A DNA stretch of 64,000 bases from Dechloromonas sp. (lineage in GTDB: Bacteria > Pseudomonadota > Gammaproteobacteria > Burkholderiales > Rhodocyclaceae). The stretch is taken from NCBI GenBank assembly GCA_016790965.1, contig JAEUNZ010000001.1:27095-91094 (forward strand). Reading direction: 5' to 3'. The notes beneath the pieces are model-generated. The model made no database searches. It was not told the origin of the DNA and saw only the letters and a program-made list of their open reading frames with translations. The position numbers and the translations under genes were made by a program. Positions 26,766-35,829 of this stretch are shown one piece after another (the stretch's first letter is position 1; each line of letters starts with the position of its first letter).

Positions 26766-28296
26766 GCCGCCGCTTCTCGCTCTTCTTCTCGAACAGCAGG
26801 TTGACGTTTCCGCTGGGGAGCTGTTCTTCCAGCCGCACGGTGAAGCCCCACAGATAGGCCAGATGCTCCAGGACCGATTCGGTCTCCGCCCCCAGGGGGC
26901 GGCGATCGTGCAGGAAATGGCGCAGGGTGAGGGAGCGGTCGCCCCGCAGGTCCACGTTCCAGACCTGGATATTGGGTTCGCTGCTGCCCAGGTTGTACTG
27001 TTCTCCCAGGGTGCGGCGCAGGCTGCGGTAGCCTTGGTCGTCGTGGATGGCGTCGATGTGCAGGTGCTTGCGCGTGTCGTCGTCGAGGATGGCGAAAAAG
27101 CGGAATTCCCGCATCAGCCGTGGCGAGAGGTACTGGGCGACGAAGCTCTCGTCCTTGAAGTTGCTGAGGGCAAAGTTGAAAGTCTCGCGCCAATCGGACC
27201 CCGCGATGTCGGGGAACCACTCCCGGTCCTCTTCGTCCGGGGCCTCGCAGATGCGGCGCAGGTCTTTCCACATGGCGAAGCCCAGGGCGTAGGGGTTGAT
27301 GCCGGAATACCAGGGGCTGTTGTAGGGGGGCTGGTAGACGACGTTGGTGTGGGACTGGAGAAATTCGATCATGAAGCCGTCTGACAGCCGCCCCTCGTCG
27401 TAGAGGGTGTTGAGCAGGGTGTAGTGCCAGTAAGTGGCCCAGCCTTCGTTCATCACCTGGGTCTGGCGTTGGGGATAGAAGTACTGGCCGATCTTGCGCA
27501 CGATGCGCACCACTTCCCGCTGCCAGGGTTCCAGCAGAGGGGCGTTCTTTTCTACGAAGTACAGCAGGTTTTCCTCGGGCTCCTCGGGGAAGCGGCGCTC
27601 CTCTTCCTGCATCTCGACGACTTCCTGTTTCGGCAGGGTGCGCCAGAGGTCGTTGATCTGGGCCTGAAGATAGGCCTCCCGCTCCTTCTGGCGCAGGGTT
27701 TCCTTTTCCAGCGAGAGGCGGGGCGAGCGCTTGTAACGGTCGACGCCCAGGTTCATGAGGGCATGGCAGGCGTCCACCAGGCGCTCGACGGCTTCCGCGC
27801 CGTGGCGTTCCTCGCACTGGGCAATGTAGTTCTTGGCGAAGACCAGGTAATCGATGATGGCGTCGGCGCTGGTCCACTGGCGGAAGAGGTGATTGCCCTT
27901 AAAGAAGGAGTTGTGGCCATAGGCGGCGTGGGCGATCACCAGGGCCTGCATGGTGAGGGTGTTTTCCTCCATCAGGTAGGCGATGCAGGGGTCTGAATTG
28001 ATGACAATCTCGTAGGCCAGGCCCATGTGGCCGCGCTTGTAGCGGTTCTCGGTTTCCAGGAAGTGCTTGCCGAAAGACCAGTGGTGGTAATAGACCGGCA
28101 TGCCGATGGAAGCGTAGGCGTCCATCATCTGTTCGGCGGTGATGATTTCGAGCTGATGGCGATAGCAGTCAAGGCCGTAGTTGCGTGCCACGCGGCCGAT
28201 TTCGGCGTCGTAGCGCTCTATGGCCTCGATGGTCCAGTCGGAGCCCTCGGCGATGGGGCGGATTTTCTTCTTGCTCATGGTGCTCCCGCCGGGCAA
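26755..28296 (-). CDS. ycgB: SpoVR/YcgB family protein
   Basis: 513 aa with similarity to SpoVR family along its length (..YYHHWSFGK.., ..NEGWATYWH.., ..NPYALGF..). Third gene of the prkA-yeaH-ycgB module. Confidence 0.9.
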   Translation of the reverse strand: MPGGSTMSKKKIRPIAEGSDWTIEAIERYDAEIGRVARNYGLDCYRHQLEIITAEQMMDAYASIGMPVYYHHWSFGKHFLETENRYKRGHMGLAYEIVINSDPCIAYLMEENTLTMQALVIAHAAYGHNSFFKGNHLFRQWTSADAIIDYLVFAKNYIAQCEERHGAEAVERLVDACHALMNLGVDRYKRSPRLSLEKETLRQKEREAYLQAQINDLWRTLPKQEVVEMQEEERRFPEEPEENLLYFVEKNAPLLEPWQREVVRIVRKIGQYFYPQRQTQVMNEGWATYWHYTLLNTLYDEGRLSDGFMIEFLQSHTNVVYQPPYNSPWYSGINPYALGFAMWKDLRRICEAPDEEDREWFPDIAGSDWRETFNFALSNFKDESFVAQYLSPRLMREFRFFAILDDDTRKHLHIDAIHDDQGYRSLRRTLGEQYNLGSSEPNIQVWNVDLRGDRSLTLRHFLHDRRPLGAETESVLEHLAYLWGFTVRLEEQLPSGNVNLLFEKKSEKRRREG

Positions 28297-28342
28297 GCCG
28301 CCAGGGGCGAGGTGAAGGGGGGCGGGCGTGAGGGTGCGCCGC

Positions 28343-29611
28343 TCATGCTAGCCTCTTGTGGAATAGTTCCCGGAAGACGGGGTAGATGTCGGTGACCTCG
28401 CCGATGCGTTGCAGGGCGAAGCACTCCGGGTGGGTCTCCTGCAGCCGCTCGTATTCCAGCCACAGGTTCTGCGGTGCGCCCTCGGTGATTTCGATGTAGG
28501 CGAAGTACTGCACGCAGGGCAGGATGGACTCGCTGAGGATTTGCCGGCACAGGGGAGAGTCGTCGTTCCAGTTATCACCGTCCGAAGCCTGGGCGCCGTA
28601 GATGTTCCACAGGTTGGAGCTGTAGCGCTCGGCGATGATCTGCTGCATGAGCTTCAAGGCGCTGGACACGATGGTGCCGCCGGTTTCCCGGGAATGGAAG
28701 AAATTTTCTTCATCCACCTCTTCCGCCGCTGTGTGGTGGCGGATGAAAACTACCTCGATCTTCTCGTAATTGCGGTTCAGGAAGAGGTAGAGCAGCATGA
28801 AGAAGCGCTTGGCCATCTGTTTCTTCTGCTCGTCCATGGACCCGGACACGTCCATCAGGCAGAACATCACTGCCTGGGTCGAGGGCTGGGGGATGCGGAT
28901 GCGGTTGCTGAAGCGCAGATCGAAGGGGTCGATGAAGGGAATGGCCTCGCGGCGCGCCTTGAGGCAGGCGATTTCCCGCTCGATGCGCTCGATGCCCGGG
29001 TCGCCCGGCACGTCGCGCTTCAGGCGGTCGAGTTCCTCCTGCAATTCCCGCAGGCGGGCGGAATAGGGGCCGCCCACCGCCACCCGGCGGCCGGCGGCGC
29101 CGCGCATGGTGCGCACCAGATTGATATTGGTCGGCACCCCCGTCTGGGTATAGCCGGCCCGCACCCGCTTGTATTCATCCACCCGGGCGAGCTGGCGCTT
29201 CACCAGATTGGGCAGGGCCAGTTCGTCGAAGAAGATGTCGAGAAATTCGTCCCGGGTGAGGGTGAAGACGAAATCGTCCTGGCCCTCCCCTTCATTGCTG
29301 GCCCGGCCTTTGCCCTGGCCGCTGCCGCCTCCCAGCGGTCGCTCGACCTGATCACCGGTATTGAAGCGGTCGTTGCCGGGATGGACCATGTCCCGCTTGC
29401 CCCCCCGGCCATGGCGGAAATGGGGTTCTGAGATGTCTTTGCCGGGGATGCCGATCTTCTCGCCGTTATCCAGGTCGCGGATGCCCCGCCTGGCGATGGC
29501 GTCGGCCACCGATTTGCGAATCTGTCCCTTGAAGCGCTGGATGAACCGGCTCCGATTGATCGAACTCTTGTTCTTGCTGTCCTGCCGCCGATCGACGATG
29601 CGTACCGTCAT
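28343..29611 (-). CDS. yeaH: YeaH/YhbH family protein (DUF444, vWA-like)
   Basis: Start taken at the internal ATG (MTVRIVDRRQDSKNKSSINRSRF..), the conserved DUF444 N-terminus. vWA-like MIDAS segment (FCLMDVSGSM). Confidence 0.9.
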   Translation of the reverse strand: MTVRIVDRRQDSKNKSSINRSRFIQRFKGQIRKSVADAIARRGIRDLDNGEKIGIPGKDISEPHFRHGRGGKRDMVHPGNDRFNTGDQVERPLGGGSGQGKGRASNEGEGQDDFVFTLTRDEFLDIFFDELALPNLVKRQLARVDEYKRVRAGYTQTGVPTNINLVRTMRGAAGRRVAVGGPYSARLRELQEELDRLKRDVPGDPGIERIEREIACLKARREAIPFIDPFDLRFSNRIRIPQPSTQAVMFCLMDVSGSMDEQKKQMAKRFFMLLYLFLNRNYEKIEVVFIRHHTAAEEVDEENFFHSRETGGTIVSSALKLMQQIIAERYSSNLWNIYGAQASDGDNWNDDSPLCRQILSESILPCVQYFAYIEITEGAPQNLWLEYERLQETHPECFALQRIGEVTDIYPVFRELFHKRLA

Positions 29612-29662
29612 TGAGGACTCCCTGTGTCGGGCGCGAGGCACAGGCCACGCGCTCCCGGCCCA

Positions 29663-31585
29663 TCACGAAGACTTGCGTACCCGCAGATACCACTCGCACA
29701 GCAGGCGCACCTGTTTTTCGGTATAGCCCTTGGTGATCATGCGATTGACGAAATCCTGGTGCTTCTTCTGCTCGTCGGCGCTGGCCTTGGTGTTGAAGGA
29801 GATGACCGGCAGCAACTCCTCGGTGTTGGAAAACATCTTCTTTTCGATCACCGCCCGCAGCTTCTCGTAGCTGGTCCAGGACGGATTCTTGCCGTCGTGC
29901 TTGGCCCGGGCGCGCAGGACGAAATTGACCACCTCGTTGCGGAAGTCCTTGGGATTGCTGATGCCGGCCGGCTTCTCGATTTTCTCCAACTCGTCGTTCA
30001 GGGCCCCCCGGTCGAGGATTTCGCCGGTGTTCGGGTCGCGGAATTCCTGGTCTTGAATCCAGAAGTCGGCGTAGGTGACGTAGCGGTCGAAGATGTTCTG
30101 GCCGTATTCGGAATAACTTTCCAGGTAGGCGGTCTGGATTTCCTTGCCGATGAACTCGGCGTAGCGTGGGGAGAGGTATTCCTTGAGGAAGCGCAGATAG
30201 CGTTCCTCAATCTCGGGCGGGTACTGTTCCTGTTCGATCTGCTGCTCCAGGACGTACATCAGGTGTACCGGATTGGCCGCCACCTCCCGGTGGTCGAAGT
30301 TGAAGACCTTGGAGAGAATCTTGAAGGCGAAGCGGGTGGACAGCCCGGTCATGCCCTCGTCCACCCCGGCGTAGTCGCGGTACTCCTGGTAGCTCTTGGC
30401 CTTGGGGTCGGTGTCCTTGAGATTTTCGCCGTCGTAGACCCGCATTTTGCTGTAGATGGAAGAGTTCTCCGGCTCCTTGAGGCGCGACAGGGCGGCGAAC
30501 TGGGCCATCATGCGTAGAGTGTCCGGCGCGCAGGGGGCCTGGGAAAGCGACGAATTGACCAGCAGCTTTTCGTAGATGTGGATCTCGTCCGACACCCGCA
30601 GGCAGTACGGAACCTTGACGATATAAATGCGGTCGAGGAAAGCCTCGTTGTTGCGGTTGTTCTTGAAAGCCTGCCATTCCGCCTCGTTGGAGTGGGCCAG
30701 CACGAGCCCGTCGAAGGGGATGGCGCCGAAGCCCTCGGTGCCCTTGTAGTTCTGCTCCTGGGTGGCGGTGAGCAGGGGGTGCAGTACCTTGATGGGCGCC
30801 TTGAACATCTCGACGAATTCCAGGATGCCCCGGTTGGCGAGGCACAGGCCGCCGGAGTAGGAATAGGCGTCCGGGTCGTTCTGGGAATAGGTTTCCAGCT
30901 TCCTGATGTCGATCTTGCCCACCAGGCTGGAAATGTCCTGGTTGTTCTCGTCGCCCGGTTCGGTCTTGGAGACGGCGATCTGGGACAGCACCGAGGGGCG
31001 AATCTTCACCACCCGGAACTTGGTGATGTCGCCGCCGAATTCCTGCAGGCGCTTCACCGCCCAGGGGCTCATGATGGTGCCCAGGTAGCGGCGGGGGATG
31101 CCGTAATCCTCTTCCAGGATGGGGCCATCCTCATTGACGTTGAACAGGCCCAGGGGCGATTCATGCACCGGCGAACCCTTGATGGCGTAGAAGGGCACCT
31201 TCTCGATGAGGGCCTTCAGCCGCTCTGCGAGTGAGGACTTACCCCCGCCGACCGGCCCAAGAAGGTAAAGAATCTGCTTCTTCTCCTCCAGGCCCTGGGC
31301 GGCGTGACGGAAGTAGGAAACGATGTTCTCGATCACCTCCTCCATGCCGTAAAACTCGCGGAAGGCGGGATAGAGCTTCATCATCTTGTTGGCGAAGATG
31401 CGCGAGAGCCGAGGTTCCAGCCGTGTATCGAGAAGTTCCGGCTCGCCAATGGCGATGAGCATGCGCTCGGCGACGCTGGCGTAGGCAGTGGGGTCGGTCT
31501 TGCACAGGTCGAGGTATTCCTGGACCGACATTTCTTCCTCTTGCGCGGCTTCGTAGCGGCTCTGGTAGCGGGCGAAGATCGACAT
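29663..31585 (-). CDS. prkA: PrkA/YeaG family serine protein kinase (AAA+-like N-domain)
   Basis: Start at the internal ATG (MSIFARYQSRYE..). Walker A LLGPVGGGKSSL and the PrkA C-terminal kinase-like domain. 640 aa, matching the family size. Confidence 0.92.
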   Translation of the reverse strand: MSIFARYQSRYEAAQEEEMSVQEYLDLCKTDPTAYASVAERMLIAIGEPELLDTRLEPRLSRIFANKMMKLYPAFREFYGMEEVIENIVSYFRHAAQGLEEKKQILYLLGPVGGGKSSLAERLKALIEKVPFYAIKGSPVHESPLGLFNVNEDGPILEEDYGIPRRYLGTIMSPWAVKRLQEFGGDITKFRVVKIRPSVLSQIAVSKTEPGDENNQDISSLVGKIDIRKLETYSQNDPDAYSYSGGLCLANRGILEFVEMFKAPIKVLHPLLTATQEQNYKGTEGFGAIPFDGLVLAHSNEAEWQAFKNNRNNEAFLDRIYIVKVPYCLRVSDEIHIYEKLLVNSSLSQAPCAPDTLRMMAQFAALSRLKEPENSSIYSKMRVYDGENLKDTDPKAKSYQEYRDYAGVDEGMTGLSTRFAFKILSKVFNFDHREVAANPVHLMYVLEQQIEQEQYPPEIEERYLRFLKEYLSPRYAEFIGKEIQTAYLESYSEYGQNIFDRYVTYADFWIQDQEFRDPNTGEILDRGALNDELEKIEKPAGISNPKDFRNEVVNFVLRARAKHDGKNPSWTSYEKLRAVIEKKMFSNTEELLPVISFNTKASADEQKKHQDFVNRMITKGYTEKQVRLLCEWYLRVRKSS

Positions 31586-31656
31586 GCTGGACTCCTTCCT
31601 GGTTGTACCGCCGGCATCCTGCCGTGTGCGGGTTTGAATCCACATTCGTACAACGG

Positions 31657-31678
31657 TTCAACCGGAAACCCGGTTGAA
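31657..31678 (-). terminator. Hairpin between the arginase-OAT gene and prkA
   Basis: TTCAACCGG-N4-CCGGTTGAA is a perfect 9-bp stem 16 nt after the stop at 31694 (minus strand). Confidence 0.4.
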
Positions 31679-31693
31679 GCGGGCGGTTTCACT

Positions 31694-33775
31694 CTACGCC
31701 GCCTGCGGTTGCCTCCCGGCCAAATCCTTCACGGTCTCGGCCAGACGGTCAAGCCCCCAGTCCAGTTCGCCACGGCGGAGGGTGAGCGGTGGCGCCAGGC
31801 GCAATACCGTGCCATGGGTGTCCTTGCTCAGGACGCCGTGTTCCAGGAGGCCCAGGGCCAGACGGCGTGCGTCGAGCCGCTGGGCATCGAGCTCGATGCC
31901 GGCGAACAGTCCTCTGCCTCGCACCGCCACGATGGCGGAACACTCCGCGGCCAGGGCGTTCAGGCGCTCCATCAGAATTTCGCCCAGAGCGGCGGAACGG
32001 GCGACCAGATCCTCGTCCTCCAGCACATCCAGGGCGGCCAGGGCTACGGCGGCGGCCAGCGGGTTGCCGCCGAAGGTCGAGCCGTGGTCGCCGGGTCGGA
32101 AGACGCCCATCACCGCCTCGTCGGCCAGAAAGGCGGAGACCGGCAGCAGGCCGCCGCCCAGGGCCTTGCCCAGGATGAGGCCGTCCGGCCGCACGCCATC
32201 GTGCTGGCAGGCCAGCAAGCGGCCGGTGCGTCCCAGGCCGGTCTGCACCTCGTCGGCGATGAGCAATACCTCGTGGCGGCGGCAGAGCGCCGCGCAGGCG
32301 GCCAGATAGCCCGGGGGCGGAACGACGATGCCGCCCTCGCCCTGGATGGGCTCCACCAGGAAGGCTGCCGTATGGGGCGTGATGGCAGCGGCCAGGGCCG
32401 CCGGATCGCCGTAGGGGATGCGCTTCATCCCGGGAGAGAAGGGGCCGAAGCCGCGGCGGTACTGGGGTTCGGACGACAGGCCCACCGCGGCCAGGGTGCG
32501 GCCGTGGAAATTGCCCTCGCAGGCGATGATTTCGGCCCTGTCCGGTGGGACGCCCTTCACTTCGTAGGCCCACTTGCGGGCGGCCTTGAGGGCCGTTTCC
32601 ACCGCTTCGACGCCTGTGTTCATGGGCAGGGCGCGCTCATAGCCGGTGAGCAGGGTGAGGCGGCGCAGGAAGCGCGGCAGGCGGTCGTTGAAATAGGCTC
32701 GGGAGGTAACCGCCAGACGGCCGGCCTGCTCAGTCAGGGCGGCCAGCAGGCGGGGGTGGGCGTGGCCGAAGCTGGTGGCGGAATAGGCGGACATGAAATC
32801 GAGGTAGCGCCGCCCCTCCACGTCTTCCAGCCAGGCACCCTGGCCCCGGGCCAGGACCACCGGCAGGGGGGCGTAATTGCGGGCGCCGAAGCCCTCCTCC
32901 CAGCGCCGCAGCGTGGCAGCATCGGGGCGGGACACCGCCTCCGCCAGGGCCAGAATGAAGCGGGCCGTGGCACCCTGGGGGTCCAGGGCCGGGTCGAACT
33001 CCACGATCTCCAGGCCGACGCAACTGCGCTCCCGCAGCACGCCGGCCAGGCCGGCCAGCAATTCTTCGGCCGTGATCCCGTGGGGGACCGGCGTCGCAAC
33101 GCCCGGAGCGGCGCCGGGGTCCACGGCATCCACGTCCAGGCTGATGCCCCAGGGGCCGGGGCCCAGTTCGTGGCGCGCTGCGGCGAAGACGGAGGTAAAG
33201 CCTCGCTCCCGCACCTCGGCCATGCAATGGATACGCACGCCCAGGCGGGTGAGCCGCTCCATCTCGGCCGATTCAAAGCTGCGGGCACCGATGACCACCA
33301 CGCGGGACGGGTCCAGGAGGGGGCCGGGAATCGTGGCGAGAGGCGCTTCGCCTTCACCCAGCAAGGCGGCGAGGGGCATGCCGTGGGCGTTGCCGCTGGG
33401 GCTGCTGGCGGGGGTGTGGGCGTCGAGGTGGGCGTCGATCCAGATCAGGCCGGGGGCGGTGCCCAGGGCACGGCCGACGCCCTTCCAGGTGGCGGCGGCG
33501 AGGGAATGGTCGCCCCCCAGAACCAGGGGGCGGTCGGCCCGGGAGACGACCTCGGCGCATCGGCTGGCGAGGCGCTCCAGAATGGCGGCCAGGTCGTCCT
33601 GCCCTGCCAGCGCCAGGGCCTGCCACTCGGCTCCCAGGCCGTTGGCCCGCAGCCGTGCGACGAGACCGGCCCGGCCCAGGGGCGAGTCATCGGCAAGATG
33701 GGGATGGGGACCGCCGAGAAAACTTCCGACCGCGATGCACTGCACCGTCGGGTTCAGGGAGATCAGTTTGCGCAT
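31694..33775 (-). CDS. Bifunctional fusion: arginase-family ureohydrolase (N) + ornithine aminotransferase, class-III PLP (C)
   Basis: The N-terminal ~300 aa carry arginase motifs GGDHSLA, WIDAHLDAHT, SPSGNAHGMPLA and SLDVDAVDP. The C-terminal ~390 aa carry OAT motifs NYAPLPVVL, FMSAYSATSFGHAHP, DEVQTGLGRTG and LGKALGGG. It is a single uninterrupted 693-codon frame. Confidence 0.85.
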   Translation of the reverse strand: MRKLISLNPTVQCIAVGSFLGGPHPHLADDSPLGRAGLVARLRANGLGAEWQALALAGQDDLAAILERLASRCAEVVSRADRPLVLGGDHSLAAATWKGVGRALGTAPGLIWIDAHLDAHTPASSPSGNAHGMPLAALLGEGEAPLATIPGPLLDPSRVVVIGARSFESAEMERLTRLGVRIHCMAEVRERGFTSVFAAARHELGPGPWGISLDVDAVDPGAAPGVATPVPHGITAEELLAGLAGVLRERSCVGLEIVEFDPALDPQGATARFILALAEAVSRPDAATLRRWEEGFGARNYAPLPVVLARGQGAWLEDVEGRRYLDFMSAYSATSFGHAHPRLLAALTEQAGRLAVTSRAYFNDRLPRFLRRLTLLTGYERALPMNTGVEAVETALKAARKWAYEVKGVPPDRAEIIACEGNFHGRTLAAVGLSSEPQYRRGFGPFSPGMKRIPYGDPAALAAAITPHTAAFLVEPIQGEGGIVVPPPGYLAACAALCRRHEVLLIADEVQTGLGRTGRLLACQHDGVRPDGLILGKALGGGLLPVSAFLADEAVMGVFRPGDHGSTFGGNPLAAAVALAALDVLEDEDLVARSAALGEILMERLNALAAECSAIVAVRGRGLFAGIELDAQRLDARRLALGLLEHGVLSKDTHGTVLRLAPPLTLRRGELDWGLDRLAETVKDLAGRQPQAA

Positions 33776-33909
33776 GGGGCGCCTCCTCTCCAGGCCTGGG
33801 GGTCTCTACCAGCTTAGACGAGAGTCGCCGGGGCCGGTTCGGAAGCTTTGCCGGACGGTCGAAATCCGCCCCCGGATGGCGTGCGGTGATCGGGGGGCCG
33901 GCCTCTGGC

Positions 33910-35391
33910 TTACCCCAGCGCTGTCGCAACCGCCCGAAAACTCTCCAGCCCGGCTTCCAGATTTTCGATGATTTCACCGGCCAGTTCATCCGGCTCGGGC
34001 AGGTTATCCAGATCGGCCAGGCTCTTGTCCTTCAACCAGAAAATATCGAGGCTGGTCTTGTCGCGGGCGACGATCTGCTCATGGCTGAACTTGCGCCAGC
34101 GGCCTTCCGGATTGGCTGTCTCGTGCCAGGTTTCGGCGCGCTCGTAGCGGTTCAACGGGTTGTAGCAGGCGACGAAATCCTGCAAGTCCTCGAAGCGCAG
34201 CGGCTTCTTTTTCAGCGTATGGTGGATGTTGGTGCGATAGTCATAGACCCACACCTCCCACGTCCACGCCTCCTTGCGCGCCGGCTGGTTATCGAAGAAC
34301 AGCACGTTCGCCTTGACGCCGTTGGCGTAGAAGATCCCCGTCGGCAGGCGCAGGATGGTGTGCAGATCGGTCGTCTCCAGCAACTTGCGGCGCACCGTCT
34401 CGCCCGCACCGCCCTCGAACAGCACGTTGTCCGGCACCACCACGGCGGCGCGCCCCGTCGTCTTCAGCAGGCTGCGGATATGCTGCACGAAATTGAGCTG
34501 CTTGTTCGAGGTCGTCGCCCAGAAATCCTGGCGGTTGTAGGTCAGGTCATCACGATCCAGCTCGCCGTCCTCATTGGTGAACACCATGCTGCTCTTCTTG
34601 CCGAAGGGCGGGTTGGCCAGCACGTAGTCAAAGCTTTCCTGCGGCGGGGCGATCAGCGCGTCGTTCGGCGAAATCGGACTGTCCCCGTCGATCTCACCAA
34701 TGTTGTGCAGGAACATGTTCATCAAGGCCAGCCGCCGCGTACCGGCGACGATCTCGTTGCCAAAAAAGGTATCGTGCTTGAGGAAAGCCCGCTGCTCGCG
34801 GTCCATGCCGGGGTAGGTGTCGACCAGGAAATCGTAGGCGGCGAGGAAAAAGCCGCCGGTGCCGCAGGCCGGATCGGCAATCGTCTTTCCCGGCAGCGGC
34901 CGCACGCACTCCACCATCGCCCGGATCAGCGGGCGCGGCGTGAAATACTGCCCTGCTCCCGACTTCGTATCCTCGGCGTTACGCTCCAACAAGCCCTCGT
35001 AGATGTCGCCCTTGACGTCCGCCCCCAGCGTCACCCAACTGGTTTCGTCGACCATGTCGATCAACCGTGACAGCTTGGCCGGGTCCTGGATCTTGTTCTG
35101 CGCCTTGGTGAAAATCTGCCCGAGCAGCCCCGGCTTGTTGCCCAGCTCCCGCAGCACCGTCACGTAATGCACTTCCAGCGCCGCCCCGCGCACAGACTTC
35201 AGGCTCGCCCAGCCGAGGTTTTCGGGAATCCCGATCTTGCGGCTGTACGGCGGCCGACCGTACTCGTCGGCCATTTTCAGGAAAATCAGGTAAGTCAGCT
35301 GCTCCAGGTAGTCGCCATAGCCGACGCCGTCATCGCGCAGCGTGGTACAAAAGCTCCAGACACGGGAGACGATGGATGCGGTTGCGTTCAT
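33910..35391 (-). CDS. hsdM: Type I restriction-modification system DNA methyltransferase subunit
   Basis: HsdM_N domain (..YLEQLTYLIFLKMADE..), SAM motif I DPACGTGGF, and catalytic motif IV NPPFG. Confidence 0.92.
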   Translation of the reverse strand: MNATASIVSRVWSFCTTLRDDGVGYGDYLEQLTYLIFLKMADEYGRPPYSRKIGIPENLGWASLKSVRGAALEVHYVTVLRELGNKPGLLGQIFTKAQNKIQDPAKLSRLIDMVDETSWVTLGADVKGDIYEGLLERNAEDTKSGAGQYFTPRPLIRAMVECVRPLPGKTIADPACGTGGFFLAAYDFLVDTYPGMDREQRAFLKHDTFFGNEIVAGTRRLALMNMFLHNIGEIDGDSPISPNDALIAPPQESFDYVLANPPFGKKSSMVFTNEDGELDRDDLTYNRQDFWATTSNKQLNFVQHIRSLLKTTGRAAVVVPDNVLFEGGAGETVRRKLLETTDLHTILRLPTGIFYANGVKANVLFFDNQPARKEAWTWEVWVYDYRTNIHHTLKKKPLRFEDLQDFVACYNPLNRYERAETWHETANPEGRWRKFSHEQIVARDKTSLDIFWLKDKSLADLDNLPEPDELAGEIIENLEAGLESFRAVATALG

Positions 35392-35829
35392 GTTGATGAA
35401 TCTTTCAAATAAATTCGGTGCGGGAGCCCCGGTGGTTTGGCGTCAAACCACCGGGGTTAAACGAGCCTAGGTGCTTAGCTCCGGTGGTATACGGGTCAGC
35501 TCCGGTGATATGACGTTGGCTAAAGCGCATAAATTTATGCGCCTTGGCGTATAGGCGGCGTATAGAATTCTTTATTCTTCAAATAAAACTTTGTTTATTA
35601 GACATTTTTTTGTTGCACCAAACTGGTCGTTATTTATGCGCCGAGGCGCATAGCGTCCGGTTTGCGGCTTCGCTAGGCTTTCAGATTGAAGTCATCGTTA
35701 CCATGCATCGTCAGCCGTGAATCAAGAAATTCAGCGCACACGGAAAATGCACAACAATTGGATTTATTGGACTTTTCCGCCACATAACTTCTCCACCCAG
35801 CGCTGGTGAATCAAAACAGGATCAAGAAA
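35392..35829. repeat. AT-rich, palindrome- and repeat-dense spacer upstream of hsdM
   Basis: Hairpin CCCCGGTGGTTT-N6-AAACCACCGGGG (35427..35456). Direct repeats AGCTCCGGTG(G/A)TAT (35477..35490, 35497..35510). Perfect 18-bp palindromes GCGCATAAATTTATGCGC (35525..35542) and TATGCGCCGAGGCGCATA (35635..35652). No ORF of plausible size. Confidence 0.6.

Noticed and set aside
31304-33817. 837-aa ORF on the plus strand
   Set aside because: It is antisense to the arginase-OAT fusion and the prkA 5' end. It is low-complexity and G/A/Q/R-rich, and is a GC-bias artefact.
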